Of a DNA stretch of 64,000 nt, positions 12,761 through 25,791 are shown one piece after another. Position 1 is the stretch's first letter, and each line of letters begins with the position of its first letter. Origin of the DNA: Fimbriosthenelais zetlandica. Taxonomy: Eukaryota. Position numbers and translations under genes: made by a program. The notes beneath the pieces are model-generated. The model saw only the letters and a list, made by a program, of their open reading frames with translations. It was not told where the DNA came from and did not search any database. The stretch is from the NCBI GenBank assembly GCA_977030845.1, contig OZ365110.1, forward strand, positions 38,316,001 to 38,380,000. Direction: 5' to 3'.

Positions 12761-13439
12761 TGCTAGAAGATGCTGAGAGACGCTGAAACCATATGGCTTG
12801 GGTAGCCTACTTCGGTATAGAATGACAATCAACTGAGGCGGGGGAAAATGGAGTGAGGGCCTAATCCTAAGCTCTACATCACCTGAGCTTCATTCACCAA
12901 AAGGCAGGCCCCATTCATTCACCTGGTGGTCGTGAACAAAGGTGATTGGTTCTTAGGCAGTTGGCTAAATTGGATCATCATGGGGGCATAAATCGGGAGT
13001 CCTTCTGACTTTGGCTGGCGCTGGCGCCAACTCTTAACGACTAGATGGGCATTAGCATCAGCTGGAGGCAGGATTAGGAAATGGTGACTGATGAGCGACT
13101 ATACTGACACGGCCGTGTGCCGTGCGCCCTGGGGCAAAAAAATACACTCACAGAATCTAAGGGAAAAACACCGACTCCTACCACACAGTCAGGAAAAGAG
13201 GCTGTGAGAAAAAGGATATAGGTAGAGGGAGAGGCAGTTCCTGATAACTTAATTTTCTGTAATTATCTTCTTTCTGCTTGGCACCGGAACTCGGCCAGGC
13301 CATAATCTTGCCCAGGGCTTCTATTGTAACCAGGCAATCTGTATGTTAGATTATCTTAATTATCCCCAGGTTAGCTAGGTCAGGAATTGTTCCTTACCAG
13401 CTCCCCGGGCTTGATATCCGCTAGAGGCCATCCTACATA

Positions 13440-13740
13440 CTCGAAATCCTTTTTTTCCATCAGTGTACCATCTCCTAATGTGGTTAAATTGTAGTTCTAA
13501 TAGCAGTTCAAATCCCGCAGAAACTTTTCCCAACTTCAATAAACTGGGAAATAGATTCCATGAGCTTTCATATGAATTGTAGAACCACAGGAGTAAGAAG
13601 GGCTCTTAAAATAGTCATTTAATGTGATATCTAACCACGAGAGAACAATCATACCAATGCTGTCAGAGGCAATTAGTTGGTCCTCGTAGGCATATACATG
13701 GAGAGAGGAAATGTCTTTTTCTGAGGCATCCAACTTATAT
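13440..13740 (-). mobile_element. Decayed LINE APE endonuclease N-terminal fragment
   Basis: ORF 13536-13733 (SSLHVY...IGMIVLSWLDITLNDYFKSPSY...HGIYFPVY) and the continuation FLRDLN resemble the S.LHLN / IALSETWL / F.I.GY / GGGV.LY / R.DL motif series. Confidence 0.4.
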
Positions 13741-15419
13741 TAGGTTGTAATATTCTGTTGTAATAAGAGACGTTAATAACTGAATGAGAGCCGACATCAT
13801 ACCATATAAATTATAGGGTCATTCGGAACATAATTATAAGATATCATTACCTGAGTTGACCCTTCCTAAGCTCCTATTTTACGTGTATAATTACTCAACC
13901 CATCAATCTTCCATATGCATAGACCAGGCGCAATTATAAGCATATCAATTAGATAGATAAGTATATATTTAGTCTATATAACTTATACGTGTAAGATACA
14001 AGCCAAAGTGGATATTATCTCAGGTTATAGGAGGAAACACATCATAGAATCATTAACCCAAGAAGAGCAACGAAGAGAAATAAAACATCTTTAGAAAAAG
14101 TCCTGGGTGATGGGAGTAGGCACAATTAACTTTTCGAAATCATTTCATCAGGAACCAAGTCAGCAGCATAATAAAACCTGATTGGTAGACCTAAAGTCTC
14201 TTTACTTGACCACCTTGACCAGCTGCCTTGCAATCCAGAAAGAGAGTCCATGTCCTAGTTTAAAAAGCAACGAATCGATCTCTAACCAGTCTGTATTGCC
14301 GGCTGTACTGTACCTCCACAAAGCTTCCCACATTGTGGTAACCGATAACGGCAGGGTGCAATCCGTAGGCCTAATTATCTCACGAACCGTGCCCACATTT
14401 TTCTTACTAAACTGAAAACTTTATCGGCTGGTCTCTAAAACGTCCCTCTTGCATGACAGCAGCATTTTCCGGTTCACTTTAAAATTAGTTTCTTTGTTCG
14501 TGTTTTCCAAATGGGTTACACCTTATGAGAAATATGGGCTGTTTCACGCACAAGACAGCAAGGAAAACCCCATTAGTGCTTATTAGATATGTAAATAGCC
14601 ATAGGATCAATAGCCAGCTTCAGCAGGACCCATCCATTTGGGCTTGTAGCAGGCGCCTATGGGAGAAGCAATTGATGAGGCTAATTTCATATACTGCGGC
14701 ATTAAAATAAGCAGACAATATCTATAGGCAATATGGGGATGTAGAGATTATGGTAAAAAATAATTCTACAAGGACAATTTAAAATGATTGTCTGCTTTTG
14801 GGATGCAAGTACATTTGCAGTAGAGTAAATAATGATTCTGCTTCTGTTAATTTCGCTTTGGTTCCTAATTGCTTTTCTTAATATTCAGTTTGAGATTAAA
14901 TATTTAATAGCCAATCTTAGACACGCTCCTTTCAAACACATTTACATGAATTGCACCCATTCTAAATCAAATAGTTTTGTTTTCCAAGCGATTCTAAATC
15001 TGAAGTATGGAAATATTTTCTCGTCAAAAACAATAGCTGAAATATTTGATAGCTGAAATCCAGCTGGTAATATGAGAAAACAATGAAGAAAGGCCAGTTC
15101 CCAGTCATTCCCTTGATTAAATTTTGTTTCTATTGAATACAATTTCATTCCATTTCCAAGCAGGAAGGAAGTATGCCAAATGGTAAATAACAGAAGTCAG
15201 ACTGGATCACTTCGGTGAAGCTATTGCAAAATTCGTCATTGACATCACCAAAGTGTACACATAGCCTAAATCAGTGGCAAATCATATGCTTGTATGTGGA
15301 GATTCTATAGTTGAGATCTTGCAATGTAAGACAGTTATATTTTTATAACCATTTATATATAGCTTAAGCGTTGCATAATTATACATAATGCATCAACGTG
15401 GGAAGTAACATGCACGTTA

Positions 15420-15950
15420 CCCTTGTTAAGGGCCATTTCGAGGACATCCAAGCAACACAGTTGGTTCATTTTGGATTTTACCCAGTTACCTCTTTCTCAT
15501 TCAGATATTTTATTATGCATCTTGTTGCCAAAGGAACAGACCTGATAAAAACTTTCAACTTCCTTGGCAGGGCTATCAAGGTAGTTGGAATAGCATGCTA
15601 TCTGCCGAACACGATGTCCTATCACGCATGTGCTCTGGCTACATCTTGGTCCACTTGACAGTGGCAAGTTATATTAAATAGCACAGACGTTAATGATAGG
15701 GTGTAACAATATTGAATGTTGTGGCAGCAACAATAGATTTGCAAGTAAAGTTTTATTGAATTTGCTCCTCAGAGGCAGTAAGATTTGGTAGGTATGATGG
15801 GTTGACAGACAGATTTGGCATTCTTTCTAGAAACTTCATTAGATTGGCTGTACCCTGTCCAAATCAGCATGTTCACCATTGGGAAATGATCCAATGGCCA
15901 TTCTCAAAATGACAATCATAGACGATTACGAATTTTGGTGGGGTCTTCAT
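15420..15950 (-). mobile_element. Decayed RTE-type LINE APE fragment
   Basis: Minus frames give LIWTGY...RKNAKSVCQPI, then IACYSNYLDSPAKEVESFYQVCSFGNKMHNKI. These resemble the RTE motifs IIYSG..K.AKS...PI, Q.YAPT...EEVEEFY and GDFNAKIG. Confidence 0.4.
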
Positions 15951-18434
15951 ATGTACCTTATAATATAAAGGCTGTTTTGTTGCCTTTTTCCTTTTGGTGA
16001 TTTTTTCGCAGCGATATCCATTAATATCTGCATGGTTGGATATTGTTTGCATTATCGGTTAACCAAATATTGAGAGAAGATTCATTCGAGCTGCAAATCA
16101 GCTAATTCATAAAAAAGTACTACTAGCTTCAATTCTTTCCTTATCTTTGCAGGAAAATGGAAAGGATTTCCAGATAATTTCCCATTACCACCAAACCAAA
16201 TTGCTGTCATTTTGTTTTTAACTAACTCAGCCCCATTAAAGTTGTGGAGAGCCCATGTTTTTCAAACCAAGTATGAAAAGACAAATCACCGAACATCGTC
16301 TCCTTTTTACTCAACATTTGGTATCCTTAATGTCATCTTCCAAATCCATATTTTGGGTGAAAATTTTTCATTTTCCCTTGGCAGACACCTTTTTTATTGT
16401 CCATAATACAATAATCCTGGTTTGTGGGAATTGAAAAAAAAGAAATTGCCACCAATATGGATGCAAAAAGGATGTGCTGCCCATAGGCTAAAATTACACA
16501 CGGGGCGAGTTGATTCGATGGTTGCGTGGAGTCAAGGTGTGGCCTATGGGCGGCCAACAAACTTGAGACAAGGAATGCTTCACCAAGACAATGACTAATT
16601 TAATCAGGAAAATTAAAGCTGGCCGCACTCTCTGTTATTAGTCTTCAAAGCGCTCAAACCTTTCCATCTTTTTTTAAGACTTAACAAGCCTGTCTCTCTG
16701 GGCTTAAGCATCTCGCTTTTTCTGGCTTGAGATTGCTGGCTTATCAGATTGAAGACAGGGGAAGCATTTTGAAGCCACTCCTGTCATGAATCTTGAAAAC
16801 AAAATCTGGAAAGCTACCTTTCATTTTTTCGCGGGTACAAAATTTTAAGATTTCAATCATTTATTTGATAAAATCGTATTTTTGATGAATTGCCAGTATA
16901 AATTTAAAATGGAGAAGTCGATGGCAAGGATATGGCTCCCAACTTCAAATAACCTCAGCATTCTGCCTTCCTCCTGCAACAGCTAAGTCACATGCAATGT
17001 AAACGTTTTTACTATGGATATATAAGGATCCAATGACGTTTGATGTGCACGTATACATGGCAAAGCTTCAATCTATGAAGAGTACACTTTCCTGGCATCA
17101 TACATACCCTGCACAGAAAAAGTACAATAACCAGTACAAGACCAGAAAAGTACAACTTTTTCCAGCTGCCAAAACACCTCCTATTACCCAAGCCCGGGCT
17201 GGGGCCATTCGCTAATTATTTCAAAAAAAGGGTGCTCGTCATAATAAAATTAACCTCAACCAAATTTCCATTTGACATTCGCATTGAGAGAACTACCCTG
17301 GCTCGGTGACCAGTCACTTAAAACATTAAATGCCATGTGATTACAAAGCCGAGTACACAGGGATGATTTCATGAGCATCACACAGATCACAAAAAAGGCA
17401 TGAGAAGTCTGCATCACTTTAATGGTGACTAGAACGTGTACTTCATAGACAATATGAAGCCAGACACTACCCTTGAAATCAAAGCTTGATAGGCCGAACC
17501 AAGGCGATATTAGCTCCCTTAATTCTGGTCAATCTTATTGGCTTTTTATCCAATTGACGTGCTTAGCTGTTCGAAAAGACAGGATTAACATTTGTGAAAG
17601 CGCTTGATGATATTTACCATAGCTTGTAAAAGGTCGGCTAACTCACTCTTAGACTAAATTCTGCTACCAAAGATATTCAACCTGTCGTTTCACTGAAAAT
17701 GTTCATATATTCCATCCATGCTTTTTTTATACTGGTATTTTTTGTCTTGCTCAGCTGGGAAGAAAAGTCGATATGGCGCGCACATGGTCTTGGAATAATT
17801 GTATTATGTATGATGGGTGGCATCAATGCATTAGGGAAAGAGGACAAAAAAGAACTAAAAAAAATATCAAAAAACCAGAAACAATGTAGGTTAAAAATGC
17901 TCGTAATCAGCCACACTGCGGACCTAAAATCTCATAAAAAAAAATAAAGGAAATTTAATTACCTGTTTATTTGTTTTAGTGCTGGGCGGTAGGTTGTCAT
18001 GCCTGTAGTTGCTAGTTACCTTATCAGGAACATTAGGACACAGACAGGCTGCCAGCAAATATACATCCAGAAAATTGGAATGCCGACTTTACAGGGTATC
18101 CTACAGACAACTGAACTAATAGGTCTGTCATATATCATATGTACATCACTTGGCCTAACACAATTTCATACAAGTCATGTATGATTCATGAAATGTGGAC
18201 AATTGCTCAATACTTATTCATGCCACAGACCTAAATCTCATTGAATTAAAAAAGAAAAGGAAAAATGTAAAGTTACCAGGCAACGTGATAAAAATTTCCC
18301 TGTGCGGTAAAATAAGCAGCAATGATACTAAAAAATTAATAAGCAGTACTCCTAATCAGAGTAATAGGATCTATTCATATAGAATGATAATAATTCATGT
18401 CTGATTCAAGAAAGAAGGGAGTAAGTTCTAGCAG

Positions 18435-18580
18435 CCAATCACTACATGAGCAGGGACCACACCAATCCGAAACTTGCTTTCTATTGGTTCAAGCTGGAAA
18501 GCCATGTAACCTAGATGTCTAGAATTGAGTCCGCCCTTCCTTAAAAAGCTGTAAAATTGAACCAAATAAAATGGCAATAA
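18435..18580 (+). promoter_or_regulatory. CCAAT/GC-box/YY1-like promoter motif cluster
   Basis: CCAAT at 18435 and 18462, ATTGG at 18483, CCGCCC at 18531, and AAAATGGC running into the ATG at 18571. Confidence 0.25.
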
Positions 18581-19959
18581 GCGTGGCCGGAGATGAATAT
18601 ATTCCAGCAACGCCAACAGTGCATGGTCAACCATTCCATGAGGCCAGAATGACGTCGCAACCTCCAGATCCGAGTACCTTCCTTCCGGAGACAAAGGTTA
18701 AGCATGTCTATTCGCAGCAGGCGCTTACTTCTAGTAACAAAGGCCTCGGCCTAGTACATTCAGACCACTTCTATGTATGCTTCTCTTGTTCGACTTCCCC
18801 AAAGGCCTCTGGTTATAGGTTTATTGCATTTACAATGATTAATGAATGTGTCACATTATCAAATGGATTATAGCCACTGAACAATGACATAAACAGTTAA
18901 TTTACCAGTAAGTAAAGACTAGGATAGGCTATACTTAAGTCCCATGTAGTTACTACCATTGGGAGAGGATGTTCCCATAGGGAATGTGAGAAATGGCTTC
19001 AGGCACGATTTATTGATTGGGGCGCAAGCACTAGCTAAGCTGAAATCAATGGCTTCAACTTAAGAAATTGCTGCTTCCTAAATAGAAAATATAGCCTTAT
19101 GGATTGAGACATGTATCCCAATCCCAGATTCATCGTTAGTTGATTGATCAGCTATGATAAATCAGCAGTTTTAAAAGTTTTAAAATAATACTTTCCACAT
19201 GTAGTATACTTTCACATATAGTTGGCAGGGAGTTCACCAAGGAATCTTTTCAAAATCCAAGAGTTCCTTTCAAAATATCTCGCTTTGGAAAGTATCGGAA
19301 CCTAAAAACCTATTTCTGTAAACAACTTAAAGAGAAGTGCTAACAGGACATTATAATTGGGAGCCTTGAAAGTGCTTCATATCTTTGATCCACGCCCAAG
19401 ACCAGGCCAAACAGTCAATTCTTCTTAATTCTCCACTCCCTTCTTGAGGTGGGGCTCCATCGCATGCTCCAGGTGACGATGCGGCTTAACGAGCTACCAA
19501 TTAATTGGTGAAAGCTTTTCCAAGGCTGGACCGACTGAATTGGCAACAGCCCTCGAGAAAATTGGTAAATCTTTTTTTTTTAAATCTTGACCTCGGGCAC
19601 AGAATGCTGTGAAAATGGGATGGAGAGAGGGGATATTAGTGCTAACTTAGTCTGTGAAAATCTAGACTGTGGCTGTGAACAGAGGAAGCGAGACTCAGGT
19701 GGCAGTTGCCAGAGTCTAATGGTCCAGGAAAAAAATACTAAGCACCGTGTGAGATCAACATCTCCATGTAGTGACTTTAGAAATCTATTTGGTTTGATAT
19801 TTGCAACCTGGGAGAAGGACCCTAATAGGGCAAGGCATTTATGCTGAAAGTAATGGAAGAAAGATTGTCTGACATTTACAGCGTTCAGACATGGCTCACA
19901 TATCTGCATTGTTATTCTGATCTTAACTTGGGCAAAAAAGTGTTTAAATTAGAGATTAA

Positions 19960-20070
19960 TTGCCAATTAGCTCAATCCTTATTGGTTTGCCAGAGGGAGT
20001 TGGCAACAAATTTGGGACCGCTACTACTATTGGGCCTAGGGGGTGTGGAAAGAAATTGTAGAACATGGCT
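19960..20070 (+). mobile_element. Possible Gypsy/Ginger (GIN1-like) integrase zinc-binding remnant
   Basis: The frame from 20001 reads WQQIWDRYYYWA*GVWKEIVEH, similar to the T..KI..RYYW.G..KDV.EY segment of the HHCC region. It is short and degenerate. Confidence 0.25.
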
Positions 20071-20342
20071 AAAGTTTGAGAGAAGTGGAATGAGCCTTGG
20101 GTTTTGGACAGGATGGAAATTAATAAAAGACAATTAAAACTTTGACCACAAAAAATACAAGGCACAGACAGTGAAAGAATCACACATGACAGGGTTTTGA
20201 TCACTGAAAAAAATGACTGATGTCAAGTTGTCAACAGTGAAGGGCTGGCCTAGTGCTTGACATTTTGACAGAGAAAAAACAAACTTGAAGCTACTCAGAG
20301 CAAAGACAAACAAATGAAGGACTCAAGGTCCACGGCTTGTAG

Positions 20343-21160
20343 GATGTAGATGAAAGAGTGGAGAGCCTCAGATTATTGACAGTTGGTATGATAGATGATC
20401 GACTTCCATTCAGTGGACATGTGAATTCTTCGACCATAGGCATGTAAGGACAGCTGCCATATTTTCTAAGGACACATACTCGGATTGAAACTGTGAGTTT
20501 CACCTTCCTTTATCCTTTCTTTGAGGCAGGCATTCCTTCCTATATGGACTGCCACATGGGTATAATCCCACTTCCCACTTCAGATACAGTCCCCAGTCTG
20601 AATTGAGCGTGTGACTGATACTGAAGTGAAATGACAGAATCTGACACCTATCTTCTATGAGATATTACTTTTTGATCATCTCTTTCCCCCCACCCTTTGG
20701 CATGGTTATCCCAAGTGTGCATGAATCACATGATTTGAAACCCACTTCTTGAAGATGGCACTCCATCTTATTGGACATGACCTTATTACAGCAAGGAATA
20801 CTGAGCCTGCTTTTACAGCGAGAAGCTGAGTCTACAGAGGAGGGTAAAATGTCCATCATATAAAATGGAAAGAAAACTGACGCTGCATCATAGAAAAGAG
20901 CTTTGGCTGCTGCACTCTACAATCTACAACCAAAGGCAGGACACATGTGTTATCTGAGACAGATGAGCTCCCCTGGTGACCCGGATTTTTACCTTATCAC
21001 TACAGCATTGCCAACATAATGGACTGCGATGTATTCAACCTTATTTTGTCTTTCAGCAACCGACGAACACATGATTGAAAATTTTGTTTTACGGGTGTTG
21101 GATGAAGCAGAAGGGAATGGAACTCGAGTTATTCTTCTAAATGGACTTGATGGGTCTGAT
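20343..21160 (+). mobile_element. Decayed PIF/Harbinger (DDE_Tnp_4, HARBI1-like) transposase pseudogene
   Basis: Collinear motifs occur across frameshifts: SLRLLTVG (LRYLATG); FFEAGIPSYMDCHMGIIPLP (F...GFP...IDCTHI.I..P); GYP/SVHESHDLK (G.PGSVHD..L); LHLIGH (.LIGD); RCIIEKSFG (R..IE..FG); SIANI; then an acidic C-terminal tail. There are multiple stops. Confidence 0.6.
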
Positions 21161-22125
21161 TTTCAATAAAGGATATCAGAATTCGCATGTGAAGAAAACT
21201 GTCACTTGTCATCAAGGAGTTTGTTGACTTTGTTTTAATAAGTTGTTTTCATTCATTGATTTTCAGAGATTTAATTGAGAAATTTTAGTAACTGGCAGTA
21301 ATTGAAAAATGGTGTTTCTTTGTCAGTTATGAAAAAGAGTTAGTTTAAAGATAACAAATTAAAAATAATGAAAAAATTCCTATCTTTGCAGTTGTTTTGT
21401 TTGATTAAATCATGTATTCTACCCGCGTGGATTGGCCTTCTCTTTAATCTTTTATCATTCACGGATGAAGGCCCTTCGCGTGATAATGCTTATAAGTGTT
21501 CACGCTTATAAATTATGTGGTATGGCAAACATAACGTTGCACCACATTATAAACTCAATGGATAGCAGCAAGACTATAGATCTATAGCGAAAATCACCTG
21601 TCGTCCTGCCATCTAAAAGCCAAAATGCTACAAAATAAGCATGTCAGGACTCTGCAGGAAGATATTGTGCAGAGTGTACAGAATCAATTCGGCGGTGGAG
21701 GCCTAATTCCAAATGGGAAACTATCCTTTTGAAGATAAACAATCAATCCTGCCTCTTGGGCAATGTATGCATGATTAATCTGGAACCCCACTAGTACCTG
21801 CTATGCACGTCAATCTATGAGGGTTCAGCTCACACAAGAGCCCACCTTTGAGTTATTACTCGCTCATTTCTGCCAATATACATAAAAGCAGAGCCGATCT
21901 TATCAATACAGCGTCAGAGTGATGCCTAAAGCATACCTTTCTGTGTTATATTGGAAGAATTGACTCTTCCTCGCTGCAGTATGCTTCCAGTGGGCCTTCC
22001 TGCCTGAGGCCGGGGGCTGAGGGGGAGGTCTTTTCTCATTAGTGTGCTGCCAGAGCCTGAGGCGATATACATATACTGACCCGTGACAAAACCTGCGGAC
22101 CTCAAACCTCCCCATTTCCTCCACA

Positions 22126-22189
22126 AAATTTGCCACCTAAAGTAATCAATATAACCCAAATTTACCACCTAATCTAATCAATAAAACCC
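22126..22189. repeat. 32-bp tandem duplication (2 copies, 4 mismatches)
   Basis: AAATTTGCCACCTAAAGTAATCAATATAACCC followed by AAATTTACCACCTAATCTAATCAATAAAACCC. Confidence 0.85.
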
Positions 22190-23091
22190 AAATCTACTTG
22201 GGTGATAGATGGCATGACATGTCACTCCATCTTTGACCTATTCCTGGCGGATAGGGCATTAAATTCATACGTCTCCCAGTAAACTGCTTACATGCTGTTC
22301 ATCTAGATAGATCAGGCCAGATCCCACAGGGGTCACGCCTTTTCATTATTATGTGGGATTCAGATATCACTCCAAATAAAGTGTGTTTCTTGACTAGGCC
22401 TACAGAACTATAGTCAATATTTCAATCGTGCATGTTAAAATGCACGGAAATATCATTGTTACACATCGATTCAGACACCAGACTATAGGCATCGTCAACC
22501 AGGGATTATAAACTAGCTCATATCTCATGTATTACCGAGGTGGGAATGTAAATAATTCACCAATGAGACAAGCGAACAAACAGATGGTGACCTAACTATG
22601 ATCCCAGGCATCAATATAGACCACCATCGTGCTTGTCTGGATAAGTCGATCCAAACAAACCACCGAAAGCATCTAACGAGGATCATGGAGGCTTGCAGCA
22701 TTAAAGCTGGGATATAATGATGTATGGATGTTTATGAGTTTGCCCAAAGGCTGGGATCTTAAGCCTTAACCATGTATATGGCAGTCATTGTAGTTAGGCT
22801 TATGGCCATACCATATTTTCACTCCACACCACTTTTCATTTTCTGTTACTTGATGCACTACAGTCATCCTATCCCCTTTCGTTTGTTAACTATTTGTTAA
22901 TATTTTAATTCTTAAAAGGGATATGAAGCACTAGGAATAAAGTTATTTCCCTAGGTGGTTCAGAAGTTAGATACTTAACTTCACAACAAATTAATATTGC
23001 TTGATATCTCAGTAGAGAGAACAATTCCGAAATGTAATGATTTGCCCCATTTAATGGAGGCCACCATGTTTTGTTCAAGCTGCTGGATTAG

Positions 23092-23246
23092 CCAATCAGA
23101 ATGAATGACCTAGTACCGTTCTTTACCACTAGAGGTCATCATTGTGTTGAACAGAGTTAGCAAGGGAATAGTGACCTATCATTGGTCGGAGACGGTTTGC
23201 AGAACAGAGAACGTCACTTCCTGGCGCAACTTTCTAAAACATGGCG
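23092..23246 (+). promoter_or_regulatory. CCAAT/ETS/YY1 promoter-like cluster (possibly a TE head)
   Basis: CCAAT at 23092, ATTGG at 23181, CACTTCCTG at 23215 and AACATGGCG at 23238. The ATG frame stops after 14 codons. Confidence 0.3.
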
Positions 23247-25791
23247 TCCATCACATTAAAGAGCATAACAGTGATACTTCCCTGAGGATTGCATGTCTGA
23301 GCACCACATTTTAACAGGATACAGATCTGCAGCCAGCTAGGCTACCAATAAAGCCCTACTTATTGTGTTTCATATATAATATAAAACTATATTAAGATTG
23401 GAGGTCTCTGGTTCCACAGGATTGTACTCTGGTTGGCTTGAACAGACGTTTTATTTGGATCAAAACAAGCTGTATTGATGTGTTTCCAGTGGTAAAACAA
23501 TGTTAAATTTAGAGAGGAAACATTTGTCAGTATTCTCTTTATATTTCCAGTGCTGAAAATCAAGTCACGTAAGCTGTGTCAGTTTGAGATGAGTGCTGCT
23601 GGACTATCTGCCCTCAGAGACCCACACTACCCCATGAAGGCAGACCTAAATACTGAATGAATTCCACCCTCGAACTCTCCACAAGTGAACAAACAAGTGA
23701 TGTCCAGTATACCAATCAGGCTTCACACAGACACCACAACTCTAACCTGAATTTCGATCCACATCAAGGGAAACTTTACGACTTGCCAACACACTTGCAG
23801 AGATTCTTTTATGGTCTTTTTGTTTATTCTCAGTTGAGTCTTTTGGGGATACGCCAGAAGAAGACATGAGGGTGGTATGAAAGGGGTCAGAGAAGTGGTT
23901 CAGAAAGGGTGCTAAAACAGAGAGGCAAGAAGATGGAGGACGATAAAAGGAGAAATTTCATGAACAGAATGATGCATTACACCCACATCTCTCTGGGGTC
24001 GATCTCAATGACGCTCATCGGGTTATACAAGAAGTCACATAAAGCCTTTCTTCCGACGTTGACAAAAGTAATCATGACAAGTTCAAAGGATGGAATGGTG
24101 CATCAGTTTCGCTAATGAAAGAGGGCTTATAAATGTCAGTGTCCTTATGATATCTTCTTCTCCAGAGACGCTTGCAATGGCCTTAAGTAAACCCTGATCC
24201 CCGATGGGGAATTGGTTTGATATGTATGAATGGTTGACTAATCAGGGTAATAGATCAATTTCGCCGGTGCCATTCAGAAACATGGGTATCTGCAAAGGCA
24301 TATCAGTCCATTTGAATTGAAGACCGATCGGTGAATTTCAGCTCAGCAAACTGCACTTAAGACTCGTCGGTTTCTTCCATGATTTAATTTCCATATTCTT
24401 AAAGGGACCCGATTCAGTTTGCCAAATGGGGGTTATTTTACCCCTGCAACTTGTTTCTTGTTTCTAATATTTATAGATGCACTAAAAGCAACTGCTGGAA
24501 AGACCGTACTAAAACATTAATGGTCAAGAGCACAGTGTGCAAGTCACACCCATAAATCAGTACGAAAAGAAAGGCAGCTTGATGCGTTTTTTGATTGGCA
24601 TTGTAAAGACATGTTACAGGGAAGTGGTGTAACAGGAGCAATCATATCTCCTCGGTCTCAGGCGCCCATTTCTGGACCATTTTTACGACATCCCCCATAC
24701 AGCTTTCTTTATGGGTATGCCATTTCAAGCTCAAGTGCTCATGGACACCGCGCGTCCCAAGGTAGAGAAAGGCAGGCGATTGGTGGATCTTCCCACCAAA
24801 GTCAAGTCCCATCATCATAGCGACCTCCACCATGTGTTAAAGTGCCCTCTGTTGCTGGGCGGACAAATAAGGCAAACATGGCAACTGCAGTGCAAGGATG
24901 ACAGCAATTACCGGCAACTGAGTTGGGCATAGCGCCTTCGATTGGGGTTTTGTCCTTGATAATTCACTTCCTTCAGTGCTTCTCTCCATCCAGCACACAA
25001 GCCCCTTCTGCCCATGTTTATGACTGTAACTTACTTGATGTAGCAGTCATTGGCTATGGCTGCGGCCTGCACTTCCTCTCTTCACTCTCTCAATACCTTC
25101 CACCACTCCACCTACCCACGAAACCCCATTAAAACAGCATTGTGGGCGATTCTGGTGACTAAAGGCAAGAAATTAGATTTCACCATCAGCCTGCTCTTCT
25201 TCAATAGGAACGGATTGGTCCACCCTACCACCAGAATCTCCATCTATGCATGGCGGGTAGGCAGGCTTCCTTTTGTCAATAATAAAAGTAGGTTATAAAA
25301 TCGATTTTACTTATATACATGTACAGGTCTATGCATGGACCATGTACATTGTCATTGTATCACAATTGGCTGTCACAAGCCATTGTTCTTGGACCTGTGT
25401 ATATTATGCCAGGTAATGTTGTTTTGGATAGAAGGGATAATAAAAAGGAGGTTGCCTCAAGTCACTCTCCATCATGCTCACAGAGGATGCGAGGTCAGTG
25501 GTGGGTAGTGTGATTAGAGAAAAGCTGGGATTATGCTGTCTCCTCAATATCACATCCACGGTATTATGTTCAGCGTTTATTAAGCAACTACAAAGCCTTC
25601 AGTCATACCATTCCAGGCAAATGACAGGATTAGTCTTGTCAAAAGATTTACATCTCAGATGCTTGATTGGACATTGATTGCAGGAAGTCTACATTTGAAA
25701 CATAACGTAGGGAAAATACCCCCAAATTCTCCTTCCTTGCCAGGCCCTACATTTGCACCTGAAAAGAGGACAAGGCATATTATAGGGAAAA

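Noticed and set aside
12467-12832. Charged or Ser/Leu-rich ORFs here, and at 42659-42940 and 59809-60173
   Set aside because: These are artefacts of purine/pyrimidine tracts lacking stop codons.
21128-21151. VILLNGLD as a NACHT Walker B motif
   Set aside because: The catalytic Asp and Glu are absent, there is no Walker A upstream, and it lies at the tail of the Harbinger relic.
23700-23810. CPVYQSGFTQTPQL...RLANTLAE as a TRIM RING-finger end
   Set aside because: Only one Cys is present and there is no upstream RING ligand pattern.
25227-25244. DGDSGG as a trypsin-like protease active site
   Set aside because: Spacing to the SW motif is about twice the expected distance, there are intervening stops, and no His/Asp motifs are present.
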